DNA of 64,000 bases from Tricharina praecox (Eukaryota): contig NW_026250403.1 of assembly GCF_024521635.1 (NCBI RefSeq), forward strand, positions 2,108,001 through 2,172,000. Direction: 5' to 3'. Both the position numbers and the translations under genes were made by a program. The notes below the pieces were generated by a model. That model was not told where the DNA came from, did no database searches, and saw only the letters and a list, made by a program, of their open reading frames with translations. Positions within the stretch are counted from its first letter, which is position 1, and each line of letters begins with the position of its first letter. This document shows positions 1 to 14,427 of this stretch, one piece after another.

Positions 1-13
1 TAGGGAATACTCA

Positions 14-2176
<2,163 letters not shown>

Positions 2177-2185
2177 ATTTTCAAT

Positions 2186-2686
2186 CTGTGACGAATGCGT
2201 GCGGTTAGTTTGGTGTTGTTTTTTCCGATGAGGTAGACTATTTAAAGACAGAAAGAGAAAGGACTCGGGACGAAGGGCCAAGAGGGTAGTATTATAGTGA
2301 TTGACGTACTGTTGAATGAAAGTTTTTTCTTGCAGCGGTGGGTGTTTCTGTATGGGAATTAGCAGCTGTCATTCAAAGACAAAGAGCACGAAAATCATTT
2401 AAATGGGCTAGCAAGGCATGTGACATGTCCGACGGGTAGCAATCGAAGATACGCAAAACCCTGAAACGCCAAAACAATGGGACAATCGAGAGAGGTGAAA
2501 CGAGCCGCGTCAAGTAGAGCGTCATTGATGTACGGCAATCCGCTGCTGCTGTTGAGAGGGCATGATCGAGCAATTACGAAGCCCACCGCAACAGCAGCAG
2601 CAGACGACCGAGAGTGAGAGGCGAACGACTGGAGGTGTGTGTATATGCGGGGAGTGGAGGGGACGAAGGGGTGGGGTTCCGCTAAC
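2186..2686 (-). other. Two predicted PAB1 5'UTR introns (2686-2348 and 2309-2186) flanking a 38-nt A-rich exon
   Basis: Minus strand: GAG|GTTAGC...GCTAAT...CAG (339 nt) and GTACGT...CTAAC...CAG (124 nt). Confidence 0.6.
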
Positions 2687-3896
2687 CTCAAGAAGTCCTT
2701 TTGATGTGATCAAGTATTCGAATTAGGTCGCTTTGGGTGCGATGATGGAGAGGATGAGGAGAGGAGAAGAGGAGGAGGGGTTGTCGAAGGGTGGTGGTGG
2801 TAGTGGTGGTGGTGGATGGTGGAGGGAGATGAGGTGGGGCGGGATGAAGGTGAGCAGAAAGGATTTTTGTCGGTTTTCAAGTTTTTTTGTGGTTTTCGGA
2901 GGTTAGGTAACGAGGATAGCGGAGGTAGCCAGGGCTTCGATTTCCTATCGAACTTGTGAGGGAACGAAGGGAGGAGGGAAGACGATGTCAAGGTTGGTGG
3001 TTGTGGGTTGGAAGGAAGAGGGGAGAAAGGAGGAAGAAGAAGGAAGGGTGATGTTGGGTGGGTAAGTTTGGGTAGTGGGGTTGGGGGGTTGTTGGAGGGG
3101 AGACGTTACGTTTTGGGTTGGGTTAGGTGGTTGCGGCGCGAGCGAGACGCTGTTTTTGGGTGTGGTGAAGGCGGCGGAGGCGAATTTTTTCCGACAAGCA
3201 GAAGAAGTAGCAGAAGATGTATCTCATGTCACTCTCCATCTCACTCTCTGTCACTCATACCTTCACGTTCGCACGCTTCTTTCTCTTCAAAAAAATCTGG
3301 GACAATATCAACCAATCACAGCGTGACCCTTGTTGGCTCGGTGTGCGGCTCTTTTCTAACCTTCTGGTGGCGGTCAGCCACGGCCGCTCGTCAGTCACCA
3401 CGACCGCGACCGGCCAACCCTGGCTCCGAGCCCTGACTGGCAACCTCCACAAAGGAAACGCCGTCAAACACAGACACCTTGAGGCTAGAGTGCCCCACCG
3501 AGCACATCGTTAGTGAGCTCGACGGGGGTGTGGAGAAAAAAAAGAGTAACGAAAACAAATCGAAAAATACTGCAAAAAAAGAATCCTCACCGCGAAAAAA
3601 AAAACACTACGGAAAAAACACTACGAGAAAAACCACAAAAAACATCTGTCATCTCAAATCCGACAAACTTCATCTCCATCCAATCTTGTTTATTCATAGA
3701 CGCCTGGAGGCAGAAGAGTACAGACAAGCGAAGCACAGAAACTCCCAACACCCAAACCATCGACGGGCCATCACAAGGCCACAGCCCCATTTACGAGAAT
3801 ACCTAGCAAGAAAAAAAAAAGAAAAGCACAGAAACAGAGAAAAACAAGAAAAAACTGTCACATCCGATTCATGCAGATCTCTCGTTCGCGGCTCGA

Positions 3897-6800
3897 TCAG
3901 CTCAGATCAAACCCAGCATTGGACCGAACCGAATACAGTAGCTTCTTCCTCAGCGTCCTAGCACTCTTGTATCGCGGCAGCTTGAGTAGATTCACGCAGG
4001 TACCTACATAAGCGGACATGTGCATTAGCCAAAAAAAAACATCACGAAAATCACTCCTCCGGCAGAGGAGCACCGGTGGCAAGGCAAGCTTACTAGCAGA
4101 ACACAACCTCGCCTGGTCTTCTCCTGCATCTCGAATCGAGAAGCGTGGTCGGAGCACCCTAAACCCAAGAAGCGGCGCTCTAGCAACACTCGTCACGAAC
4201 CGGAGCACCTTCCTGCGGTCGGCATCGTCGAGCTCGTGCATAACCTGCCAGAATAGCCTGATCGTCTCATGCTCTTCTCCATCGTCCCCAATGGAATATA
4301 CCCCCCCGTAGATGGTGTTCCTGCGTAGATCCTCGACATCGATGGGGCTGCCTGTATCTCCTCCGACCAATGTCTGCAGTTCGCTCTGGTTGAACATTTT
4401 GAGCCAATGCGGATTGATGATCGTGGTGAGACCCTTCAGGAATGCAGCCGTTTGGGCTGCAGGTTCCTTGACAAGCCGGTGCTTTGAAACGAGGTGGACG
4501 TATTCCAGTCTGTTGGCGTTTGTGACGGGAATCGAATCTCCATTCGGCTTCAGATTGTACGTCTCTATCTTGCCGGGTGCGATTTGCGTAGTGATTGTAA
4601 AGTCGAGGTTAAACGTAGTCTCAACGTTGCCCTCAAAGTCCATAAGTGCCATCAGGTGGCGGTACATCTCGGCATCCAAGTCCCGGAGGTCGTTGACACC
4701 TACCGCAGACGCTGACGAGGGCTGTGACCATTTCAAGAGGAAGAACGGCGCAAACGAGAGATCAACTAAGATTCCCTCGTAGAGGCACTTTCCGAGGATT
4801 CTTCCGCAGAACTCGTACCTATGGAGGATATCCGTGATGACAGATCGATTGTCAGTAATAAGGAATTGGCGCAATTTGTGCTTGACCTCTTCCAACATCG
4901 TCGGATTAGGGTAAAGCAAGTGCTCGGGATTCTCCTTGAACATGTTGTTTACACCCAGCGTGGTCAGAGAGATGCCCCCATAATGAGCAAAGTCCTCAGG
5001 ATCCTCATTGGGGTTGTTGTCGTCCGGTACATCTGCACTGGGGGAGAACGCCTCTCCACAGACACCCGTTAGGAATTCCTTGGTCACGCCACCACCGTCG
5101 ATGCCGGCCTCCTCTGCCCCAAACCTGTCCATATACTTGATCTGAATGGGTTCTTTGAGCCCCTCACCCAGCTTCCAGAAAGCATTATAAGCATCTTGGA
5201 ACTCGTGTTTCCGACGGATGGTGGCCTTGTGCTTGCTAAGCCGGTCTCCGTCGACGCCAGCACCATTCATCACCGAAAACCTCCACAGATCCGGGTCGGT
5301 GTGCCCATTCCTGCGCGCCGTTTGATCTTTCGAAACAAACTCCCGGAAGATCTCGACTCTCTTGTCAAATGGAATCGTGAACGGTAAATTCTGCAGGATC
5401 TCCGAACGAGACTCGATGACTGCCCGGTAATTAGCCCGCTGCTTCTTCTTCAGTGCCTTTTCCCGTCGTGCATGTTCCGCATGATGACGGGTAGCTGGGT
5501 CCATCGCCTCTCTCGAGTCGGGATCGATGCGATAGTCTCCATCATCTTCGTCTTCTGATTCGCCATCTCGGTGTCGAAGACGGTTCTCCTCTTCTTGAAC
5601 CACCGCAGCAATAAATCCGTCCAACGTCAAGTATTTACCCATCAACCAAAAGTCCTTCGGAAGGAAATGCCTGCGTGAACTGGGAGCCAAGTCAGTTGTG
5701 CGAATGCCTAGATGTGGGGAGTCAGATAACTTACTCCCTAGTGTAGATGGCCTTCAAGACATCGGTCACCACACTGCGAAAGTAATTCAATTCCCATGCC
5801 CTGCCGTTCTCTCGCGGCTTGAAGAACACCTCGCCACCGGTATCCTTAGTCGGATCCTCGCCCATGATCTCTCCGTACCAGTAATAGGTAGCGAATGACA
5901 GGTTCTTGAGGAAGAGCGCAAGCTCACCGACCTCACTTAGCGCTAACTGACGTCCCTTGCCTTGCACGAACTCATGGTCGTCGCCAGTGACCAGGACGAA
6001 CGAGTACATCTCCAGAAACAAAAATATCAGGTTCCATTGATCTTCTATGGACTTGACGGACATTCCCCTCGATAAGGTAGGAGGGTATTTCAAAGGGTCA
6101 ACAGCTACGCGTGAATCGCGCTTGATGGAGGTGAAGAGTTGGCATTTCTTCACCGCATTCCACACATACTTGACAGCCGGTACGCCGTCTGCAGTGAGAG
6201 CAACGCAAAGCCAAAACCTCATATCGGTCCGACGGGCTGGGAAAACCAAGAGCAAGGTCAGGGCGAATCCAGCAAGTATATCCACGTTTCCGTCCGTCGA
6301 TTTGGTGTTTGAGAGGAGAGACGTAACCGACGATTGCTGAACCAGCGATTCTATCTGCTGTTTCACGAAAGGTGGCAACGGCTGCTTCTTGACGCGGGTA
6401 CGTTTGCTGGAAGTGCCTTCGTCTTCAGCATCGGACCCCTCTCCATCATTCATCGTCACATCCTCAACGTCAATTCGCTGGCCCACTTCTACCGCCACGG
6501 AGGATAGAGCCATCGAGAGGAACTTGATGTACTCTTCTCGATCGGCCGACAATCCGGAAGTCGTGAGGTCGATGAAATTTTTGTTGAGCCTGGAAAAGTG
6601 GACGACATGTGAAAGCAACCACAGCTTGCTCTCGGTTTCCAGATTCATGCTGAAGAACTCGGTTACTTTTCGAAGGTCCACTCCGGCAATGAGGTTTTTT
6701 ATACATCGGTCACCGAGCAGAGATACCAGATCGGGTGTGATGAGGTAGCCCGCATTGAAAGCCTTGTAAGCCGCATCGACATCGGCGTCGCTTCTGCCTT

Positions 6801-7482
6801 CAGATAGTCGCAAAGGTGCTACTACCGCCTCGACGAGTGCCTGTGACCGCGAATCGTGCAAGTTGGGAGAGGCCGTTTCTTTAGACAGGGCGGTATAGTA
6901 ACGGTCATCGACAAGCTCGGGAACATTCCACGTGAGACTCGGTAGTACTTGCAAGGTCCGCTCCAAAGCTTCATCCTTCACAGCCCCCGAGTCGATTCCT
7001 TCAACAAGTAGCCTTCCTAGCATCCGGAGGAGATACCGACGCCGCTGTGGATCACAGCCATCATCACCGTCGCTCGAAAGCCACAGACGTGTAACCAACA
7101 GCATTCCACTCAGCCTTTTGAGATCGTCTCGGCTCCACGTCTTAGGCTGGCACTTCCGTCCCATATCCATAAATGCTAGGAATAGGCTAATTCGAGTAGG
7201 TGCATGGCTTGCATCGGCTGGGTACTCATCCCACACAGCTCGCCATTCCTTGCGCTGTTGTTCCGCAGCCTTCCGGCCTCGCCACGTCCGTTGGATTGTC
7301 CCCGCAGCCTTCAACCTCTTGCGCTCTGCTTCTCGCGCCGCACGCTCTTCGCGGGCCGTCTGCAGTGAGCTCGATGTGGCGACCTTGTTCTTTTGAGATG
7401 TGGATGTAGACGGAGTGGTCGGCTTGCGGCCGGAAAGGTTAACGTTTCGGGGGCGCCGGGCGGAGCCTGTAAAGTTGAACAT
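3897..7482 (-). CDS. HUL5: IQ-motif HECT E3 ubiquitin ligase (Hul5/UBE3C family). Exons 7482-5735, 5679-4094, 4003-3897
   Basis: N-terminus MFNFTGSARRPRNVNLSGR; IQ-like AAGTIQRTWRG; HECT motifs EAGIDGGGVTKEFL, RLEYVHLVS, VLRFVTS and catalytic ASTCVNLLKLP...NAGFDLS*. Introns 5680-5734 and 4004-4093 are canonical GT-AG. Confidence 0.93.
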
Positions 7483-8088
7483 TATAAACCGTCGCAAGCG
7501 GGATACTGGGAGTAGTGTTGAAGGTGTTTCGGTATCGCTCCAAGTGTATATCGATCGTAGAGCCTGGGATTGGTGAGGCTGTAGTGATAAGGTGCAGATG
7601 GATATGTAAACCCGACGACTGCGAGGGAGTGGTGGTAGTTCGGGCACGTGTAGGAGAAACGATATCGAATATGGGCTATTCGGGATGCAATAGACTGTTT
7701 GATGGGTTGAAATGGTGTTGGTTTGGTTTGGTTGAGCTTGCTTGCAGTCATCACCGGCGGAGTTAATGATGCTTGAAGAGAGTATGAGGCAGTCATAGTG
7801 TGGCGTAGACCAGGGTGGGGAAGTGGCGCGCTGGGGGACGGTGATAACACGAAGGGGAGAAATGCACAGATTTCAGTTGGATCATATTGATAGCTCCAAA
7901 TATCACTAATTTACGTATCATTTGAGACAGAAAGCTCTCTCTATTGCGACTCTAAACATATATTATCATAACCACGTGCTGACTTAGTAAGTCTTGGTTG
8001 CGGCGACGAACTTCAAGGAACCCCACTGAAGGAAACATCACGACACCTCCGGCCGGCCCAACCTCGTCCAACTTCCACCAACACCCCA

Positions 8089-9197
8089 ATGCCTCCACGA
8101 ACGCTCCTCCTGAGACCGCAATGCGTGCAGATAGTTCCCTTCAGGGCTCCGTGCCCAGCGACTGCTGCCTTCGTCTTCCGTTCATACTCGTTGGCCCCGC
8201 CTAAGGTCCCCAAAGGCCCCAACCAGGACGTGCTCCCCCATGTCTCCGAAGAGGCCGCCGCCACAGCCAAGATCACCGGCGAAACCCCACCCGACCTCGA
8301 ACAGGGCACTCCGATCTCCGAGGTAACTCACCTGTCGCCGGGAGAGTGAGTGTTATGCCTTTTCGGTTTCGCCGCTGACATGCTGCGAATTAAGGTGATC
8401 AAGCGCGACCCGCAAGCAATGAAGCATGCCCCCAGCGTGTTGAAGACGGACCCAACCGCCACCCCCGGGTCGAAGCGCGAGTACTCGACACTTATGGGCG
8501 CTGGCGATCGTGCCGAAGGACTCGGTCGTGCGACCGACATCCCTCCCGTCCAGGTCGATGCCGTGGAGATCAATCCCCGCCCCACCCTTCCCGAGGGAGC
8601 CAAATACCCTCTGCCAGACCTACCACTTCCCGCCACCTCAATCATGCGCAAAAGATACTCCCCGGTGGTCGAGCAGGTCACCAATCTGATCATGCGCGAC
8701 GGAAAAGTATGAATTCGACCTCACAGGATGCTTTGCACAACTAAGATGATTCGCGTTTATAGAAAGCAACCGCTCATTCGGTAATGACTGAAGTGCTTGC
8801 CATCCTGCGCACCAAATCCGCGCCGGTAGCGAATGCCCGCACACCGATCATTCCCACCGCTCCGCCGCTCTCGTCCCTTCCCTCAGACCCTGTCGCGTAT
8901 CTACAGACCGCCATCGACTCGGTTGCGCCGCTCCTGAGGATCAAGAGTGTCAAGGGATCTGGAGGTTTCCGTGAGAGTGTTCCCAGCCCTATGTTCCTGC
9001 AGCAGAGGCGCAGGAAGGCTGTGATGTGGATCATCGAGGCGGCCGACAAGAAGAAGGCTCGCATGAGCTTGGCTGAGCGATTAGCTGAGGAGATTGTGGC
9101 AGTTGTCGAGGGCAGGAGCTCGGCGTGGGATAAGAGACAGCAGGTTCACAAGACGGCGGTTGCATCACGAGCAAACGTCAAGGTCAAGATATTGTAA
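8089..9197 (+). CDS. RSM7: Mitochondrial small-subunit ribosomal protein S7 (uS7m). Exons 8089-8322, 8395-8706, 8763-9197
   Basis: Arg-rich presequence-like N-terminus; uS7 motifs VEQVTNLIMRDGK|KATA, AIDSVAPL, RRRKAVMWIIEAA, AWDKRQQVHKTAVASRAN; GT-AG introns restore the frame. Confidence 0.93.
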
Positions 9198-9407
9198 ATT
9201 ACTACACACAAAGGAACGCAAAGTTCATGGGGGACTGCCTGTAAGCTAATGAAGTACTTCTGCTTTCCATGTACCGGGTATGTGAATTGGTAGTGAAAAC
9301 ACGGTGAATCGAATACACTTGAGGTCTCCCCGCATCGGTCAAACGGTGAAGGAGATGAAATTCTTCAGACTGTCACTACGGTAGTATGCGTAGAGTGCTC
9401 ATGCGAG

Positions 9408-9506
9408 TAGCTACTCGAGCAAGCAGCTACTCGGGCAAGCAGCTACTCGGGCAAGCAGCTACTCGGGCAAGCAGCTACTCGGGCAAGCAACTACTCGGGC
9501 AAGCAG
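9408..9506. repeat. 16-bp minisatellite (AAGCAGCTACTCGGGC), about 6 copies
   Basis: Directly visible tandem array with few substitutions. Confidence 0.95.
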
Positions 9507-10045
9507 GGGCCTTCCGCCAGTCGTGGACGCATCAGATTGGCGTGTGTGAAAAGTGTGTTCCGCCGGAACTAGAATAAAAGAACTCTCTGCTTGTACGCGT
9601 AGAGTAGCTGCACCCTGCACCCGCAGCGATTACTGAACCCACACAAAATGTGGGCATCACCGAGGAGGCTCCCGCTGAAGTCACTCCCCTCCCCTTTCCT
9701 TCCTCTCTCTCCCCTCTACCCACTAACTAGCCCCACTCCTCTGTTTTTCGGTTAGCATACTTCAAAAGAACCCTTTAACGGAAAGTCACGTCACCTCGTC
9801 TCACCGTGCTCCTGCTTCTCAGGTGCGGCGTGAAGTTCGTCTGTTCTACTCCTTCACCACAACCCCCTCCTTCCGATTCTATCAACCCAGCCACCAATCC
9901 GACATCCTCCTCGACTTCTCTACCAGCTGCCGATCACGAATCAGAAATAGCTTCCAACAGGGCCAAACACCCAACACCGTTTGGACTCACTGTTAATATT
10001 GCGATTGTTCCCCTGCCGCATTAGCTTCGGGAGATTAGTCCAGAG

Positions 10046-11524
10046 ATGCCAGCGTCGCATCACACACGCCAGCCCCGCCGAGGCCGATATCAACGGCGCG
10101 GCAACGATCGCGGCGATGCAGACGACCCCAGTTTGGCTGCCTCCAACGTTTCGATCTCAGTCAACGCCGATACGCCGCCGCCGCCGCTCATCCCAGCTCC
10201 TCTGAGACCACAACGACACCGCACCCAGAGACCATCCCCCCTTGCTCGCGAGTTCGTTCCCGGCGCCTCTGTGGCTCCCCTCCAGCCAGCGCCACCTTCA
10301 GCAGCAGAGACAACGGTGGAAGAGGCGCGGTCAGTTTCAGAGACTCAAGATCTTCCGGATAACACACACCCGGCTACTCCGAACATCACTTCAGCCGCAA
10401 TGGAGTTGACTCTCCGGGAAAGCACAGATTCTGTGACATCCGGTCGCCAAGGCAGCCCCAATTCAGTTCACGGTCTGTGCCGCTTCTTCCAGGCTGGTTG
10501 CTGCACTCGAGGCGAAAAGTGTTGGTACAAACATGAACTCGAAATACCCACGGCGTCAGAGACGGTCGCTGTGTCTTCCACCACCACTACTACTACCACA
10601 CCGTCTTCCACCACCACCATTACTACCACCACCACTACCACCACTACTCCCAATGCCTCTGCAACTGCCGACCCGTCAGAGGTCGAGACTTGCTCGATCT
10701 GTTTCGATAAGCCGGAGACTTACGGGCTAATGACCGGCTGCGATCACATCTTTTGTCTATGTATTTTATACCTCCCTACTCCGCGATTGAATCTATTCAT
10801 TCCTAACCTACATGGGATAGCTTGTATCAGGAAGTGGCGCTGCAGCTCCAGCACGGCCCGCAACGGACGACATGACGATCCTTACGCCGACGATCCACAT
10901 GCGCTCGCAAGCACCTCCAAAACCTGTCCGCTCTGCCGTGTTCGCACTCGATACATCATCCCGTCGGTTGTATTTCCCACTACCACTCCGCAGAAAAAGC
11001 AAATAGAGCGAGTGTATCGACTTCGTCTATCCAACATTCCTTGCCGATACTTTGTTGCTTCTCTACAGCCTCGAGCTCCCCCGCCTCGCAACGAGAGCGG
11101 CCTCGTTCCCCCTCATGGCCGCCTAAGCAATGCTCCATGGTGCCCGTTTGGTAACGAATGCCATTACCAGCATCAGAAGGTTCCAGGGGTCCCCTACAAC
11201 TTCAGCGAGTCTGAGTTAGCACGTGCGATGTGGGGACAGCGGGCTGCGGCTCGTCGTCGGGCCGCTTCTCGGTGGGGACGAGAGGGCGGAGGCCGGGCGT
11301 CGTATGGTCAAGAGTGGGTGATACGGCACATAGATGATGATGATCACACACAGCACGAGAACACAAGCACCGCGGATGCAGATGACGACGACAGTTGGGA
11401 TACTGCTGATATGGCTGTGCTGATGGCGGGTTTGATGGAGATTCATGGACCTGCTGCGGACTGGGGTGGTGATACTACTGGCGTTGAGGCGATGGACGAC
11501 TTTCTCGCGACGGCTTTCAGTTGA
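10046..11524 (+). CDS. Makorin-like CCCH zinc finger / C3HC4 RING E3 ligase with PAM2 motif. Exons 10046-10760, 10821-11524
   Basis: CCCH CRFFQAGCCTRGEKCWYKH; RING CSICFD...CDHIFCL|SCIRKWR...CPLCR; C-terminal CRYF...CPFGNECHYQH. Removing the 60-nt intron GTATTT...CTAAC...TAG restores RING spacing. Confidence 0.88.
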   Translation: MPASHHTRQPRRGRYQRRGNDRGDADDPSLAASNVSISVNADTPPPPLIPAPLRPQRHRTQRPSPLAREFVPGASVAPLQPAPPSAAETTVEEARSVSETQDLPDNTHPATPNITSAAMELTLRESTDSVTSGRQGSPNSVHGLCRFFQAGCCTRGEKCWYKHELEIPTASETVAVSSTTTTTTTPSSTTTITTTTTTTTTPNASATADPSEVETCSICFDKPETYGLMTGCDHIFCLCILYLPTPRLNLFIPNLHGIACIRKWRCSSSTARNGRHDDPYADDPHALASTSKTCPLCRVRTRYIIPSVVFPTTTPQKKQIERVYRLRLSNIPCRYFVASLQPRAPPPRNESGLVPPHGRLSNAPWCPFGNECHYQHQKVPGVPYNFSESELARAMWGQRAAARRRAASRWGREGGGRASYGQEWVIRHIDDDDHTQHENTSTADADDDDSWDTADMAVLMAGLMEIHGPAADWGGDTTGVEAMDDFLATAFS

Positions 11525-12896
11525 CTAGGGGTGTGCGCGGTGTTTTTGCCGCTTCTGGGTGTGGCGGTTGCTGGTGCAGGGTATATTGGGGTGTTCAGCG
11601 TGACGATGGGATGGAGGCATAAGGATGTTTTCGCTATCGCCTGGGCTCTCATGCTCACTGGTGCATTGAGTGCATTTCCTTCCCTGGCTTACTTGGTCAG
11701 GAGGTAGTTCATTCCTTCACGTCATTAATTTGGTTTGGTTTGGGTGGGCTGGGATTGGACGGCATGGGATCGTTTGGACGGCATGCGATGGGGCTATTGC
11801 TTTGAGTCGGAATTTCATACTTACTATTGTGTTTTTTCTGTTCAAGTACCTCTTTCTTACGGGTTTTCTACTTTATTCCCTTTCTTTTCTTTTTTTCTTT
11901 CTTCCCCTTACGCTAGTTGAAGAGAGAGCACGGACAAACTGAATCGTTCTGAGTGGGTCGAGTGTGGTGCACTGATAGCAAATAAGAACGGAACTGTCAT
12001 CATGCGGCGGTTTGGATTCAACCTAGACTCCTTCACAAGGTATCACGCGCTCTCCAGGCTCGGCAGTAGCGCAGCAACGGGCCGGCGGCGATGGAGCGTT
12101 CTCTTCATCCCCGTGAAGCTGGCAGGAAGGTCGGGTATGAGGTCTCCACAGTCTGGACAGGCCGTATGTGACAATAAATTGATGTTCTCTCTCTCTCACT
12201 CTCAGAACCCAATCAGGGATCAATTATCAAATTCAATCCGGTCACTCGGGTGAACTCGATGGACCCAATGGACCACGGATGCCTCGGCCACTTGCCATCC
12301 ACCATTCCCGACCCTGGGTCCTATGCACAGAAGTACTTTATTCCCCAAGAGATCGTAATGCTACGATCGGAGATGCGGCACGGTACGGCGGTAGGTCCGT
12401 GCGTGTAGGACCGATTTCGGTCCGCGATTGGGATGGGTCTGCTGGCTGGATGGAGATATATGGTACGAACGCCGGAGATTTTTTTTGGTGGGGAGGAGGG
12501 CTCAATTGACATGTCTAAACAACTCCTCCATCTAGAGCTCCCCGTCGCCTATATCCTCTCCCCACAACCTCGAGTCGTCACTCCAGCTCCCAAGCCATAG
12601 AGGAGTACTTTGGGCCGTCTGTATCCCCCGGGATGTAATGCATCCGTGACTCGGACCCCGAGGTGCTATCAACAGGCTACATATGATAAACCTTCCATGC
12701 TCCATTGGTTTCAGCTACATCATCGGCCATAGTGAAACACATCCATCCCACCCCACTCCAATCCAATATCACCGCGACGCCGCGCGGACATTCACGATGA
12801 AAAATGTATACATAAACCGTTCTCTTCCGCCATCATCCGTCCAGCTTTTCATCACCACAGCAAGCAAACAAGCAAGCAAGCAGCACCAGCACAACG

Positions 12897-14051
12897 ATGC
12901 AGCTCCTCTCCCTCTTCCTCACAGCACTCATTTCGCTCTGCAGCCTTGCGAGCGCACAGACTCCCGGCGCATGCACGGGCACCTGTCAGGGCATGTCGCA
13001 CGATCCCGCCATCATCCGCCGGACTAGCGACGGCACTTACTTCCGTTTCAGCACGGCGAATAAAATCAACGTTGCTACGGCGGCGGCGCTGGAGGGGCCG
13101 TGGACTATGCAGGGAAGCGCGATTCCCGATGGGAGTATAATCGATATCAGCGGAAAGGATGGTGGTTCTTCCTACCTTTGTGAGGGAAGAGAGGAGGCAC
13201 TGATGCGTGCGGACAGATCTTTGGGCGCCCGATGTTCAGGGCCCAATTGGGGATTATTATTACCTCTACTACTCCGTCAGCGCTGTATGTAGTATCCGCC
13301 ACCCACCGGCTTTTGCCAGCCAGCTAACCCCCCGTGCTCCAGTTCGGCAGCCAAGTCTCAGCCATCGGCGTGGCGCGTTCCAAGACCATGGACGTAGGCT
13401 CATGGGAGGACCTTGGGGCGACCGGCATCGCGTCCAAAGCCGGCAGCGCGTACAACGCGATCGATGGACAGCTCGTGCAAACCTCGGATGGAGCATACGT
13501 CATGACGTTCGGCAGTTTCTGGGGGGACCTATACCAAGTTGCCATGGCCGATCCGCCCACGAAGGTCGCCTCGGGAGTGTCCGCGTCTCAGGTGGTCTAC
13601 AATAGCACCGGCACTCATGCCGTCGAGGCTGGGTTCGTCTACCAGAATGATAACTATTACTATATGTTTTTCTCGTCGGGCTCGTGCTGCGGGTTCGATA
13701 CGAGTCGCCCGGAGCAGGGCGCCGAGTATAGGATCCATGTGTGTCGCTCTGAGGCGGTCGGCGGGCCGTATGTCGACAGCGATGGGAAGAGTTGTTTGAG
13801 CGGAGGTGGAACTACCGTGTTGGCGAGCCATGATAATGTCTATGGCCCTGGCGGTCAGGGTGTCTTTACGGATCCTACGTGAGTTCACCACTGTTCTCCC
13901 TCCCTCTCAGAGTATCACTGCTAATGAGAAAAGGCTCGGTTCGGTGCTGTATTACCACTACGTCGACACGACTGTTGGGTACGCCGATGGACAGAAGACA
14001 TTTGGATGGAACAAACTCAACTGGAGCAATGGATGGCCTACTGCTGTCTAG
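12897..14051 (+). CDS. Secreted GH43 endo-1,5-alpha-L-arabinanase. Exons 12897-13161, 13217-13284, 13343-13878, 13934-14051
   Basis: Signal peptide; GH43 motifs [58 protein letters not shown]-terminal WSNGWP; three GT-AG introns. Confidence 0.93.
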
Positions 14052-14427
14052 GTTAACGAGGAGGATGGGAGACTATGTACTGGTATCATAAGCCAAAATT
14101 GCAGTTTTTTTGATTTTGATTTTGATTTTGAGGCTTTTTCAAGTGATATCTATGATCATGACAGTGAAAATTTGACATCAAGTAAGTTACTCGGGAACTG
14201 TATGGCGCTGTATCACCTGTTTTCTTCTATATAAACCGTCCATGATGCCCGCTCTTTCATCCTTCTATCAAGTAAGACAGTCAATAAAATCTCCTATTCT
14301 AAATCTCTCTCTCCCTCTCTACCGCATCTTCTATCCATACGATCTCCGAACTTCCGCACCGCCCAAACGACAATTCGCGCACCAAGTCAATGTCGCTGTC
14401 TCGCACAGCGACCAGAGCAGCAAAATT

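Noticed and set aside
9408-9506. Regular repeat array resembling CRISPR
   Set aside because: Head-to-tail 16-mers with no unique spacers, eukaryotic context, no cas genes.
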